A stretch of DNA of 64,000 nucleotides from Podarcis muralis (taxonomy: Eukaryota), in contig NC_135665.1 in the NCBI RefSeq assembly GCF_964188315.1, positions 40,238,001-40,302,000 of the forward strand. The letters are read 5' to 3'. Both the position numbers and the translations under genes were made by a program. The notes under the pieces were generated by a model. It worked only from the letters and a program-made list of their open reading frames with translations. It searched no databases and had not been told where the DNA came from. Within the stretch, counting starts at the first letter, position 1, and each line of letters begins with the position of its first letter. Positions 23,886 through 36,934 of the stretch are shown piece by piece.

Positions 23886-24162
23886 CACCACCCCTGATAT
23901 CTAAGACAATTTTAAGATCTGACTGAGCATGTTTGACATATTTAGTAACCACAGTGCTGTTGTGAGGGTTAGCAAAGCCATGTACTGTGTCAGATTGTGT
24001 TCCACCACTTCCGGCTAAACCTTACTGAGATTACAATACAACCACCTCAAACAAGTGTCAAAAGAGTAGGTAATGGTGCAGGTAACCTGGAGAGAAAGGG
24101 CCTCACACTCCTCATTCTCCCCAAAAGCTTAACCTTTTAAGGGCAGCTTAAAATTTGTCAGA

Positions 24163-24645
24163 GACATCACCTTGCCAACAAAGGTCCGTATAGTAAAAGC
24201 TATGGTTTTCCCAGTAGTGATGTATGGAAGTGAGAGCTGGACCATAAAGAAGGCTGATCGCCGAAGAATTGATGCTTTGGAATTATGGTGCTGGAGGAGA
24301 CTCTTGAGAGTCCCATGGACTGCAAGATCAAACCTCTCCATTCTGAAGGAAATCAGCCCTGAGTGCTCACTGGAAGGACAGATCCTGAAGCTGAGTCTCC
24401 AATATTTTGGCCACCTCATGAGAAGAGAAAACTCCCTGGAAAAGACCCTGATTGATGTTGGAAAAGATGGAGGGCACAAGGAGAAGGGGACCACAGAGGA
24501 CGAGATGGTTGGACAGTGTTCTCGAAGCTACCAGCATGAGTTTGACCAAACTGCGGGAGGCAGTGGAAGACAGGAGTGCCTGGCGTGCTCTGGTCCATGG
24601 GGTCACGAAGAGTTGGACACGACTAAACGACTAAACAACAACAAC
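24163..24645 (+). mobile_element. BovB (RTE) LINE, 5'-truncated
   Basis: TKVRIVKAMVFPVVMYGSESWTIKKADRRRIDALELWCWRR...; tail GACTAAACAACAACAAC; 13-bp TSD AAAATTTGTCAGA (24150-62, 24646-58). Confidence 0.95.
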
Positions 24646-24779
24646 AAAATTTGTCAGAAAACTATACAACTCATTTACAATTACACCTTTACAAACTCTA
24701 TAGGAAGGAAAGGGAATGGTGCAGTGAGGAGGCTCTGAATGTTAAAAGGGGGCTGAGCCCAACAAGCTGGAAATCTCCA

Positions 24780-25075
24780 AAGGGGTAGAATCCTCCCAAG
24801 ACTCGCTGTAGTTGGTGATACTCGGCTCCAAGAGTAAAGAAGTACTTCAGATGTAAGGACCAAAATGCTCAGGGTGATCTTGAGATGGAGAATGAAATCA
24901 ATGAGACATCCAAGAGAGAAAATGCTGTAGTAATAGGTGACTCCAATCACCGCCACACAGAATGAGGACATTTGTCTTCCAGGCAAGAGAAAGAGGTAAA
25001 AACTCTAAATGACTATGTCCTGGAACAGCTGGTTGTGAAACTGACCAGAAGGATGGCAACCCTGGACTTAATCTT
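24780..25075 (+). mobile_element. Degenerate CR1 endonuclease-region fragment
   Basis: VVIGDSN...EQLVVKLTRRMATLDL resembles the CR1 ORF2 EN segment. Confidence 0.5.
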
Positions 25076-25090
25076 TCACATACAGAGATA

Positions 25091-25325
25091 CAGTGGTACC
25101 TCGGGTTAAGTACTTAATTCATTCTGGACGTCCGTTCTTAACCTGAAACTGTTCTTAACCTGAAGCACCACTTTAGCTAATGGGGCCTCCTGCTGCCGCC
25201 GCGCCGCCAATTTCTGTTCTTATCCTGAAGCAAAGTTCTTAACCTGAAGCACTATTTCTGGATTAGCGGAGTCTGTAACCTGAAGCGTATGTAACCTGAA
25301 GCGTATGTAACCCAAGGTACCACTG
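25091..25325. mobile_element. Tigger/pogo-like MITE (235 bp)
   Basis: TIRs CAGTGGTACCTCGGGTT / AACCCAAGGTACCACTG with TA TSD. Confidence 0.9.
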
Positions 25326-26479
25326 TACACAATTTCTATATGAAAAATCTTATGAAGTTTACCATTTCATATTCAAATATGTGGCAGGAAATATATAGCA
25401 AAACATAGCAGAGCTCAAACTAGAGCTTCACTACTGAAGACTACTTATAGCCAACCAACATTATGAGAGGAAAATATAATGAAGATAGAATGCTTTCTGT
25501 TTTACCCTAATCACAATGATTGACCCTTCACTCCCTCTAGTGGTTACAGTTAATTAACTGCTACCTTTTTCAAGATTTCTACCACATTCACTGCATTTCT
25601 TCTCTGAAGAGTGAGAGAACTATAATCTGGAGAACATGAATTCCAAGTTATACATCACATGTGTTCAACCTCTATTTATGCATGAGTTGAACCATTTATT
25701 CAATCCATAACAAACAATTTGGAGTTCAAATCAAACTTCCACTGTTCTACTAGCTTAATAAAAAGCAAATGGGTTAGGAAAATAGAAGATAGTTTTGTGG
25801 TAACCTGTTTATCTCTCCTGTCATCTAAAGGATTAACAGGATCTTACACCTTAACCTAGAAGAATATCAGGGAAACATTGATTTTATGAGGCTGCATCTA
25901 TAGACATTCTTGCCACCAACATCTCAGCTAAAAAGCAAAATAGAGTGAAAATTAAGAAAAAGCACACTAGCAGCTGGAGATATGCTGTTGGACTGTGATA
26001 AACCAGGAAAGAGAAAGTGATATTATACATCTTCTGTCCATTCATTATTTTGGTTTCTGCGTGAACCAAATGGTCCGTAGTTGAATTACCAGTCTATCCT
26101 CAGTCTGATGGTATAATGTCCAAAATAACAGTCTTCATGCATTATTTGATTGTAAATGAATGGGCTGATGTGGCCAGAATTACCAAGACTTTGGTGGATG
26201 ATTTGGATTAAGTCTGTCCTAGCTGTCTCTCAGCTTCCAGATATTGTATTCTGTTCAGCCCCAGCAAAGAATTGGGAGTAAGGGAAAGAAAATTACTGTG
26301 GTCAACAGGAATTTCATCTTGTTCTCAAGGCTATCTGTTTGAGTGTCACTCTTGAATATTTATATTGTGTGTTGGGCACTCAGATTAGGGATTCTGCAAG
26401 TATAATGCCTATCCAATTGTCTCATCAGTTTCCCTTCCTAAAATGACAGAGATGGACTTGGATTTGATGAGGATTCCTA

Positions 26480-26990
26480 GGATGGCTGTCCTGAGGTATC
26501 ATCATCCAAGTTATGATCACCTAATCTGCGATGGCATAGGACTTCATGACTGCTATGGGCTGCCCAAAGCTCTATCTTGTCCAGTATTTTTTGGATGACT
26601 TTCAGTTATTAAAGTCTGAAGTCTTGGTCAAGTGTATGCTGATTACCACACTCTCCTTTTAATATCCAGCAGAGATGGAATGTATACCTAGGTACAGGAG
26701 GCGGCAACTTCTTCTTGCAGAGTGGGAATAGCCCGAGCTGCCTTGAAATATCATGTGGCATGGCCGTTCCTGCACAAACCCACCTTTAATCCTAAAGACA
26801 TAAATTATTAGCTAGTGGCTAACATTTATTTCCTACACAAAGTGTCCCAGTTAGTAGATGTCAGCCAACTCCAAGCACTCAAGGACATGAAACCACTGAG
26901 TGAGGTCATCCAGAGGTTTGGAATTAAGTGTCATCAATATCCAGATGACACTCAACTCTACCTTTCCTTCTATCTAATGCAAATGAAGCA
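26480..26990 (+). mobile_element. Degenerate L2 reverse transcriptase fragments
   Basis: MKPLSEVIQRFGIKCHQYPDDTQLYLSF (YADD motif mutated to YPDD). Confidence 0.65.
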
Positions 26991-27455
26991 GTGGGAGTGC
27001 TACATCAATGCCTGTCACTTAAAAAGGCAAAATATATTCCTCACATGTGTATAAAACAATTATTGATTAAATATTGATCTTCCTCTTAGGCTTTGGCACT
27101 CACAACAGGCCTTTTTCATTTTCCACCCCATCTCCTTATGATCTTTTTGTCCTTCAGCAAGGCAGGGCAAAGGCTTCTTGTTGCTCAATCTATATAGCAG
27201 GGTGTCTGTGTCACAGTTGCTCGAGGGGAGAGGTGAAAAGGTTCACCAGAAAAGATGAACCAGTTCAAAAGGACAGCAGAAGCAAGATTATTTGCTTTAA
27301 ACTAAACCAAAGGTCACCAGAAGAAGGCAAGTAGCAATTACCAAGCAACAAAGACCCTCTATAGTAATCTCATGAAGACTAAAGCATAACTAGGATTAGA
27401 CATAACAAAAAAAATTCCTTCCAGTAGCACCTTAAAGACCAACTAAGTTAGTTCT

Positions 27456-27497
27456 TGGTATGAGCTTTCGTGTGCATGCACACTTCTTCAGATACCA
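27456..27497 (-). ncRNA. Minimal hammerhead ribozyme (6-bp stem I)
   Basis: UGGUAU-CUGAAGA-A-GUGUGCAUGCACAC-GAAA-GCUC-AUACCA. Confidence 0.75.
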
Positions 27498-27559
27498 CCT
27501 GAAGATGTGTGCATGCACACGAAAGCTCATACCAAGAACTAACTTAGTTGGTCTTTAAG

Positions 27560-27603
27560 TTGGTATCTGAAGAAGTGTGCATGCACATGAAAGCTCATAC
27601 CAA
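27560..27603 (+). ncRNA. Minimal hammerhead ribozyme (7-bp stem I)
   Basis: TTGGTAT 27560-66 pairs with ATACCAA 27597-603; CTGAAGA 27567-73; GAAA 27589-92; predicted cleavage after C27596. Confidence 0.75.
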
Positions 27604-27947
27604 GAACTAACTTAGTTGGTCTTTAAGGTGCTACTGGAAGGAATTTTTTTTGTTTTGACTATGGCAGACCAACACGGCTACCTATCTGTAACTAGGATTA
27701 GACATGTACCTTAGATTTGAGCGTTGTATCACAGAATTCTAGATCAGTCTTCACCAACAATAGAGTTTGCTAAGACTGATGGGATATGCTGTTCAAAACA
27801 CCTGGAGGGCACCAAGCTGGAAGATTGTCTTACATTAAAAATCAATCAATCAAAGCAATTCAATGTAAATGAGAAAATATTTCATGGGAGGTTTTTTCTT
27901 CAAATTTTCTTTTCCATTTCTCAAAAGCAAGAGCAATGTTGCTCTGG

Positions 27948-28100
27948 ACCTGGGATAGTTAAGTTGGTAAAGCATGAGATTCTTAATCTTAGGGTTGTGG
28001 CTTCGAACTCAACGTTGGGCTAAAAATACCTGCATTGCAGGGGATTGGATTAGATGACCCTCAGGGTCCCTTTCCAACTCTACAATTCTATGATTCTGTA
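27948..28100 (+). mobile_element. tRNA-Lys(CTT)-derived SINE with CR1-type 3' tail
   Basis: Degenerate copy of tRNA-Lys(CTT) (..GCATGAGATTCTTAATCTTAGGGTTGTGG..CGTTGGGC) followed by GATGACCC..CCAACTCTACAATTCTATGATTCT, a CR1 3' end. Confidence 0.75.
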
Positions 28101-29418
28101 TGTCCCCCTCCCAATATTCACACTCTACTTGGCAACTCAGATAAAACGATGTTTGCTTGCTGGAAGTGTTGCTGGTCTGCCATTCAACTAAGGGTTTCAG
28201 GGCAGCACAAAGTGGACATTAAAATTAACACTAAAAATCTGAAACAAAATAAATCAAACACCATAATTAAATTAATAATAATCTTACATAAAACATGCAG
28301 CAGAATTGGAAATGAAGTATCACTGTAAACTCATCGCTCCACAAAGCCTGGGGCAAAGGAAAGTGTGCATGTTTACCTGTCATTGGAATGAAGCTGGAAA
28401 AAGTAGGGGTGTGGCATACCTCAGAGGGGGGGGGGCTATTCCAAAGCTGTTGGCTCACTGCAGAGAAAGCCCTCCTTCAGACCCTTGCATTGTGATCATT
28501 GATTGGTGAAAGGACCACCAATGGGGCTTCCTCTTTAGGCAGGCTGGTATAAAATGAGGGGTTCTTTCAGATATTTAGGGAGAAATCATTTGGGAGCCTT
28601 AATAAGCACCTTCAAATGAGGCCTGACAGACAATGTGACTCTTTTAAAGTTGGTAGTGTTCCACTATATTTGCCACAGCAAAAGATGACACATGAAAAGG
28701 AAATGTATGTTACTAAACAAACATGGACGCGTATCATGTAATCACAGCCAATTCCAGCTCTTCTGTGGGCATCCAGATATTTCTGGATGTTTATTTCCCC
28801 CTTCATATGCTTATTATAACTCAAGCCAGTAGAACATTAGGGTATCCTGCCTGTCTAGAGTTTGAAGTAAATCAGCCTACTTTGGTGCAAATGCCAGTCA
28901 CGGTACTTCCATATGGGTTTTTATTGTGGAAGCAGTGCTCCTCATGCACTCAGGTGCTTTGTAGTGCCCATACAATGTCACTGACATCAAAATGCTAGTC
29001 CATAACCACCACCACCCGTCTAATCCAGATTTACCCTTTCTGGAGGAAATCCAACAAGTTTTAAAGGCCCTGTTGCCAATGGGCCATTTGTGATATCTCA
29101 ACGACTCTTCTGCAAATTTAGCCCCATTCTAGAAGCTTATTGAACTGAGATTGTGTTTTTTTTAATAACTAGCCATAGAACTTAAGATAAGAAGCACTGG
29201 ATAGACTCCATATTGCCTGCACAAGAATCAGGACACATTACTAAACTGGAGATTAAACATGGAAAGATGAAGAAGGAAAAGAGCTGGGTAAACTTGTTGC
29301 CGTATTTAAACACTGTCCTCTCAGTGGTTTTCATTTCATATGAAGTGGTTTTCACAGTGGTTTTCAGCTAATCAGCCACACCACATACACCTCCAAAATA
29401 AAATAGAAGAGAACCACA

Positions 29419-29450
29419 GATAGATAGATGATAGATAGATGATAGACAGA
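29419..29450. repeat. (AGAT)n microsatellite, imperfect
   Basis: Direct reading. Confidence 0.8.
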
Positions 29451-31920
29451 TGAGAATAGCTGTTATATAACCAATAATTCCCTTTCAGCCCTAACCAACT
29501 CCAGGCCCTTGAAACGGAACAGTACAGCTGCAAGACAAAGATAAAACTTTAAAAGAAACATTAATTCATTCACAGGTATACAAAAGAATAATAAGATACA
29601 GCTTACAAGGCAACAACAGGCTTACAAAGACATATTTTATGCGCTACATTTAATTATTTCCTAATGACAGCTCTATTTAACATTGTAACACTCAGTCACC
29701 AACACGTGAATCACATTCATAAGATAGTATTCAACAGACAAATACATGTTAATGATTTGTCAGGTATAACCCAAAAGCTAACAAATAGAGGGAAGCTGAA
29801 TAAATGCAGGGTCACAGTAAGGAAGAGATTCCCTGAGCATTTCAGTTTGAAAAAGGAAACTTTAATATAGGCCAGCAGAACTTGTGGCCCATGAAGCCCA
29901 GCACAGGCCACCGCAGCTTTCAAAGTCTCCTGTTTTTTGTTGCATGTCTAGAACTGCACATAGGATGGATGGGATGTCAAGTACTTAACAGGTGAGCCTT
30001 TTTGATGAGCTTGTTGTGTAACAGGTTTCTTAGTAATGTTTTTAGTAATCTTGTCATCCAGGCTAAAGCATCATCTGATAATCTAGATTAATTCAACATG
30101 TAGACTAGAAATACACCCATATTTTATTATTTCAAATATTAATACCCCACCTACTACTGAACAATCAAGTTAACTTACAATATATTTAAAATACAATATG
30201 ATCAGAATGATGAAGTCACTCAGTGGATGGAGTTTCCTCATCCAGGCTGTTGCTGCTATCTTCTGCAGCTCCTGCCTCTCAGCAGCAGACACAAGGTAAT
30301 TGGAGGAAAGGTACAAAGCTGAACACAAGCCTACTTCAAGCTGTCAGTACCACCCCTGATGATGATATATTTGTATACCACCCTATACCAGCAGGTTTCG
30401 GGGCAGTTGCAACATAAAATCACAAAAAAAACAAAAAAATGCATAATAAAAACAAAAACAACCCAATAAACCCCCTCCTCATACATGTTAAAGGGGCCTT
30501 GTATTTGCTTGTTGCTGGTAGCTTACATTAAACAAATTGATGGTCTAAGTCCATCACAGTGAAAACCATGCCCCGTTTCCAATTAGTATGTCGACGGTCA
30601 TATCCAATGTTTATATATAGGTTAGTAACTGACTAAACAGTCATTATACTTATAAATCTACTTCAATGCCTACATATTTTCACAGTATTGATATAGTTTA
30701 CACTGTCAACTACCTTCTAATATTCTTGCAAAGCTTAAAGGCCCAACGGCTGTTAAAAGTACCCAACACAGCCAGAATTCAAACCTATATCATGCTTACG
30801 TCCCACATACATATACTAAGAGCTTACTGCAAAAAAAAAAAAAAGGATATCTGCAAAAAACAAACATGCTCCTACCTGATGAAGCCTACCAGGCAACAGA
30901 CTAATATACAGTCTCACCAAATCATATTAAGAAACCACCTGCCAAAGTTCTTTTCTGCACTTCAAAACTACTTACAACACTCATCTGACCTTCATTACCA
31001 CAATGTGCCAGTACTTTGCTCCCATTCTCCCACTGCCAACGTCCTAACTTGCAGCAGCATTCAGGCAAGTTTCCAAGGAAAAGTAAAAGATGGGAGGATG
31101 GAAGTAATTGATCTCCTTTTCTATTGACTGCTTGCAATTGGAACTTTGCACCAGCAGAAGCAAGAAGTGTTGGCATAAAGGGGGGGATTACAAGAACAGC
31201 ATGTGTGTTGATCTGATGACTGCACAAGGGAGAACTCACCCGGGCCAGAACTACTACCAACCCATGACGATTTTTAGCCTCTTATCATTTCAAAAATGCA
31301 CTTTCATTAGACAGCAATGTAGAAAAGTGAAGCAGTAGAGCACAGAGGTGGTGCTAGGGAAAGTAGTAGGCAACTGATATGATGGATGACAAGAGGGTAA
31401 AGGGAAACTGTTTTCACACAAAACTGAACCAACATTTCAATGGGGATCTGTCTAGAAACCACCACTCTGCTTCAGTGACAACAGCTGCTATTTTGCATCA
31501 GGAGAAATTGTAGTTTGATTTGTGAGTTGGCAATGATTAGCACAGATCAATTAGAAAACTGATCCATTAATTTTGTTCAAAACTCCCTGACTTTATACAA
31601 TGATCCAAAAGTAGGTCACAATTTACAGCAAAGCAGAATTGTATATGCAGCTTGGTTAAATATATAAAACATCATTTGAATGCACCTGCTTTTAAAAAAA
31701 CTGCTCATCCATTTTTATTTACTATCAAATATAAAAATGTGCACCAATCTCTTAATTCAGCAAACACTATAAATCTATTGATTCAGCAAAGTATTTCTTA
31801 CCCTGCCAAACTATATGCATATAAAATTCAACTAAAATAAAGGCAGAAAAATGCAGATGAGTTCTGTTGGGTAATTTAAAAAATGTGTGCTCATCTCTTG
31901 GTACCAGTAATTGCAGCACC

Positions 31921-32078
31921 CAGTGGCGTAGCGTGGGCTGTCAGCACCCGGGGCAAGGCAAGTAATTTGCGCCCCCTAACCCGTGGATTTGCACCCCCTA
32001 ACCTGTGGATTTGCCCTAACCCCAGATGTTGCGCCCGGTGCGGCCGGCCCCCCCTGCACCCCCCACGCTACGCCACTG
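31921..32078. mobile_element. hAT MITE (158 bp)
   Basis: TIRs CAGTGGCGTAGCGTGG / CCACGCTACGCCACTG; TSD GCAGCACC / CCAGCACC (7/8); internal ~21-bp tandem repeats. Confidence 0.9.
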
Positions 32079-32589
32079 CCAGCACCATAACAATTTAGTG
32101 CATCTTGTGGGGATCTGTTCTCCTAGCATTAAGAGCTGGACTACAGAAAGGCTGAACAGTTGAGTCCTAACTCATACCCCCAGAACTTTACTCCAGAGTT
32201 CTGGTAGACTCTCATTGTGAAGTGTCTGAGGACAGAAAGGGGGGGGGAAATCTTTACCCACATAAGTCCTAAAATATGGGTTCCATTCATAGCAGTTTCC
32301 AGTTAACTGGCACTCCAGACCTTGTGTGATTGTTTATAATTTAAAGTTCATGAACCAACCAGCAGCTGAGACAACCATCCATTCTGTCCAAGGTGGGAAT
32401 GCAACAGTTTCATGTTATCATGATGGCCAAACTGGTGCATTAGTAAGGCTATTCACAAACCTTGAATCTTCAGAAATCAAAAGACTGCCACCACCTCTAA
32501 CTCTACCAGTATTATCTTACCACAAATGTAAATTAATTTACTTTGGGGAAACATTTTTAAAGCTACCAATATTTGCTTGGCTATGCATG

Positions 32590-32626
32590 CATACATACAT
32601 ACATACATACATACATACATACATAC
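32590..32626. repeat. (CATA)n microsatellite
   Basis: Direct reading. Confidence 0.9.
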
Positions 32627-35580
32627 ACACAGGCTTCAATTATCTACTCCCCCTCTTCAATGTGGAAGGCAGAGAACTGCAACAATGGAAGTTTAGTTGC
32701 TTACCTCCAAAAATGAAAAGCGTACAGAGGACTGCATGGACTGCAAGGGCTTGTTGGGGTTGGGCTCAGGCTTCTTGGGGTGAGACTGAAAGTTAAAATA
32801 ATGTCATCTCTAGTAAACAGAAGTTGAGTAAAAATCCTTTAGTATGGCTGAATTAAGGGAGTATGGCCTCAAGCACAATCAGTAGACAGGAAACTGATTT
32901 TCTCTACATTGAGGAAAGCCAAACAAGAAAAATTATGTCAAAAGACCCCTAACTTTTCTGTATCTTCCTAATTAAATGGGGGGTGGGATTAACCATGCAA
33001 ATGTTTTCATTATAAGAAAGTGTTCAAACACACGGAGCAATTTTTTAAAAAAAACCACAAATCTTGTTATAAAAATTGCTTGAAAAAATGAAATTAGCAC
33101 AAATTTGAGTACACAAATTGATGCACAAAAGAAAGATTCTGCTAACTTTCAGGAGAACTGATTGCCCTCAATTCTGAATTGCCATGCAGTGGGGCGGGGG
33201 GAATCAATTAACAATGATCATGCCTCAGATGAGCCTCATTGGCTACAATATTGCACTGTGCAAACGCTGAATGAAAATTGGCTGAAAGAAGTATTGAAAA
33301 CTTATTTCAGTACTTTAAATGCGACACTAACACATACACATAAGAAAAATTACAAAATAAAAAATGCAACAGGCCTAAAGGAAAATACAAGTAAAATAAA
33401 TAATAATGAAAATATTACTATTCATTTTTAGTTTTGAGAATGCCATTTGTGAAAATATGGTACAGTCACTGACAACAGCAGTGTCTAAACATTGAATTAT
33501 GAATACCTGATATCTTAAATACTTGTTCCAGAAAGACATCTGTAAAAATTTAACATGACTGTGCTTGAATCTAATGCAAACATCAAATCTGTATTATTGT
33601 GCCTAATTCCAGCCTATGTTTATTTGTGTTAATAAACTTGGCACAAATTGTTTGTAGTGAGAATTTTCTTAAAATACTACTAATATAACTCCACCAGTCG
33701 TAACACCAACAATAATGGCAACAGGCCAACTACCAATATTAAAACTCCATATAATCCAAATTATTCTGAACAATGGCAAATATCATAGTTAACTGGGCAG
33801 AACTGAGGTACACAGGCCAGAGACAGTATGGAAACAGAAGATATAACTATGCCTACTGGAGTCCATGGCTCCCTTCAGGAATACTGCTATTTTGATTATT
33901 AATAAAATGTTTGCAAAATGGAGTTAAAGACTATAATTTTTCCAAATTCTCTAGTCTATCAAAGGAAAACATCCAGCCCAAACTTTGAATACCCGATTCT
34001 TAAGATGAAGTCCATTAATGCACCAATTTTAGTGGAAAATAAAAATTAAATTAGTAACAAAAAATACAAAGTTTGCCAGCTGTCATTGTGTCTAAAATTG
34101 ACCAAAATAATAGTTAAGAGTTAGAATTTTATCAAGTTGCCAATGCAACGTAATGGATCATTTTTACCTTAGAAACTTTGCAAATGAAATATGTCAAACA
34201 TTAAGTCAGACATAAAAGCTATATAACAGAAAATAATAAAATGTTGAGACTAAAAACAATCACATCCCAATACTTTACAAAATCAAGAATTTTTTACTAT
34301 TATTTATTACTTTTATATATGGTAAAGTTACAATCAAGCAAAACTCCAAGTATAAACACTGGACTCCATCTTTTTAAAGGAAGGTATGCTCAAATGAAAT
34401 AAACAATAAGCAAACCATTATCAGTGAATTTAAGTAATTCTTTCAGGGTACTATCTACACATCACATACAATAAATGAAACACAGAAACTACTACCTTTA
34501 TTAATGTCAGTGTTTCTGTAATCTAGTTATCAAAGGTGGTCAAAGATACCAGAATGCCATTTTTACTAACAGAATTAATATTTTGTATCAGTTACAACTC
34601 ACTAGAAGTGGCACTACATGCATAAATGCAAACGTATATCAAATAACATATCTATTTTGTAGATGGGTAAAATGGTTCACAGCTAAGTAACCTGACCTTA
34701 CAGATGACCTATTCTCTTTAGGAAAGCAGAACAACTGGCACATTAAATCTATTCAATACCTACAAAAATAACATCTTGAGAGAATACTGCATGTGTGTGT
34801 GTGCTGATACACATCTATATCTATGCAGCAAATTGTGGTGGGACACAAAAATAAACACATTTTGCACTGGCTGATTTATTCAGAATCAATGGACTGGCAA
34901 TTTAAAAATCAGACATTATGGTCAACATGTTCACTGTAAATCAAATACGTATGTTTTTATGCAGCTGTTTCCTAAATGCAAACTGGAATCATTCAAATGA
35001 GCCCATCAGTCCTAAAACATCACTAAGTAAACAAAGCCCTTACCTACACAAACACATTTAATGCAAAGACTAGAATACCAAGCAGAAATGTCAGAATGCA
35101 ATACAGTTCACCAGTACTCTACACAGTAAAACATGGATCATACGCAATGAATTTTCACAAATAGCATTCCTCTTATGCCCTAATCTCTTGCAGAGCTCTC
35201 TATTATTCAGCAGAGAAAGAGGCCTTTCAAAAAGGCAGCACTGGGATAAACAAACAGAAACAGAAAGGGTGTGAGAGAGAAACGAACACCGTGGCCTACC
35301 GAAGCATTATTTCACAGTATGCTTTTTGGATGCTCACATTCATGCATTCAGTGATTTTAAGTATGCAGTATATTTTAATCTGAAATATACTGCAATATCC
35401 TTGCTTTAGGCTCACACATTTGCGAACAGCAACTGAAATGCATTCTGAAAATGTTCCTGCGACCTAAAGCTGCAGTGCTCTGAGCCTGTCAGCACAAACG
35501 CATGTTAAATAACTACAGCTCGCACAAAAGCTAGTGCCATGCAGAAAGCATTAAAATATTAAAAGGCAGACAATACTTAC

Positions 35581-35627
35581 TCCAAGGTCAGCCCTGGAAT
35601 TTGCAGCCTTTCGCGTTGGGCTTTCAT
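35581..35627 (-). CDS. MAST4: MAST4 alternative first exon coding part (MKAQRERLQIPGLTL + GA, phase 2)
   Basis: Matches the recalled MAST4 isoform start MKAQRERLQIPGLTLD; Kozak ACAGCCATG; donor GA|GTAAGT at 35580; in-frame upstream ATG at 35660 adds MVTVECGNVTA. Confidence 0.88.
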
Positions 35628-35660
35628 GGCTGTTACGTTACCACATTCTACTGTAACCAT

Positions 35661-35970
35661 GACACACATTCAGTGGCAGCATCCTGGTGATGACAGAGAG
35701 CCCAAATGAGCCACTATAAAGGAATGGACTAACAATCTCTTGGGGGAGGGAGCACTGCAAGTTTGGGTCCTTCCACTTCTAGCTGTCACGAAGAAATGTC
35801 AGCAGGTTTCTTCCAGACTAACCGCAAGCGTGCTGCACTGATTTTGCTAGCAGAAAGAAGGCTTCAGGACTGTATCTCAATCGACTCATGTCTAATATTC
35901 TAAGAAGCAGTTTCCTTCCTAAAATGCAGACTTTTCTCTTCAGAGGAATGAAAATCTGCCCGCCCCTTGC
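35661..35970 (-). promoter_or_regulatory. Putative 5'UTR/internal promoter of the MKAQ isoform
   Basis: Repeat-free unique sequence upstream of the exon, with a GC box (GCCCGCCCC near 35958-66). TSS not determinable. Confidence 0.35.
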
Positions 35971-36510
35971 CACAGAGACTGTCAGATTTCGGAACAGAAC
36001 AAAAAATTAAGAAGTGCAACAAAATATGCTTAAAATGCTATTCTTCAACACACATCCAAGATACAACAAGCTTTATGACCCTATCAAAAATGATTTATCT
36101 ATCTTGTTTAGGTTGTCCCATTATTGTTTTACAGATGAGCAAAATTCTGTTTCTGCATAAAATCACAGGAAGTTAAGTTCCTTCCCTTTGCGTCCAGAAA
36201 ATTATTCCAAGCTTAGGAAGGAACACATGACACTGAAGCACAGCTGTTCCTTAATTCATGATCAAAAGTTAATCATCTTATTTGAAGGAGCTTGTACTTG
36301 TGCTAAAAAAAGAAAATGTTAAAAATATTTTATTAAAGCACAATATGAACAAGAAAGGGAATCTGAAAGAAAACCCATTAATCTCATAGGGTAATTATAT
36401 GGCATGCACACAGCAGTGATTCTTAGCTTGTTAATTTTTTTCCTGGATATTTTTAAACCTTAAATGATTAGACAACCAGAGAAATAGTGAGAATACTGCT
36501 CTTTTGCAAC

Positions 36511-36670
36511 CATGGGCGTACCCAGGGGGTGCGGGGTGGGGGCAGCTGCCCCACCTAAATCAACCAAATAAATAAAAATACTTAACTGACCAATTGCATC
36601 ACAGATAACTCAGTTCTGTCCCCCTAACATAAAGCCTGTCCCCCTAAAATAAATTCTGTCTATGCCCATG
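36511..36670. mobile_element. Old hAT-like MITE
   Basis: Termini CATGGGCGTAC / TATGCCCATG; TSD decayed. Confidence 0.6.
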
Positions 36671-36934
36671 TTCACAGCCATCATGTATCAGCAAATAAGC
36701 TTAACTAACAAAGACTCATCATTACCAATTCTGAACACAAATGGAAACAAAACTCAAGATGGCCTGAGGGTGTCTAGTAAGGGGTAGCATGTCTCCCATC
36801 TTTCCAGGTGATACAAAGGCCCATATGCCAAGATGGGAAGGCAAAAGATAGCATGCATTTCCTAAGCCTGGCCTGTTAGTAACTGATGGAACCACCAATG
36901 GCCTGAAAGAATTCTGCTCTTGTATTATTTTGAC

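Larger units (their letters stand above)
27404..27688. mobile_element. PLE-derived mini-element with three hammerhead cores
   Basis: One minus-strand and two tandem plus-strand pLTR units; perfect 17-bp TSD TAACTAGGATTAGACAT (27387-27403, 27689-27705); no coding sequence. Confidence 0.9.

Noticed and set aside
27404-27688. CRISPR-like repeat-spacer array
   Set aside because: The repeats are PLE pLTR/hammerhead units without unique spacers, in eukaryotic DNA.
27948-28020. tRNA-Lys gene
   Set aside because: Many substitutions in stems and A/B boxes, and fused to a CR1 tail; it is a SINE head.
30666-31338. ORFs of 76-153 aa
   Set aside because: AT-rich, include a poly-A run, and show no homology or splice support.
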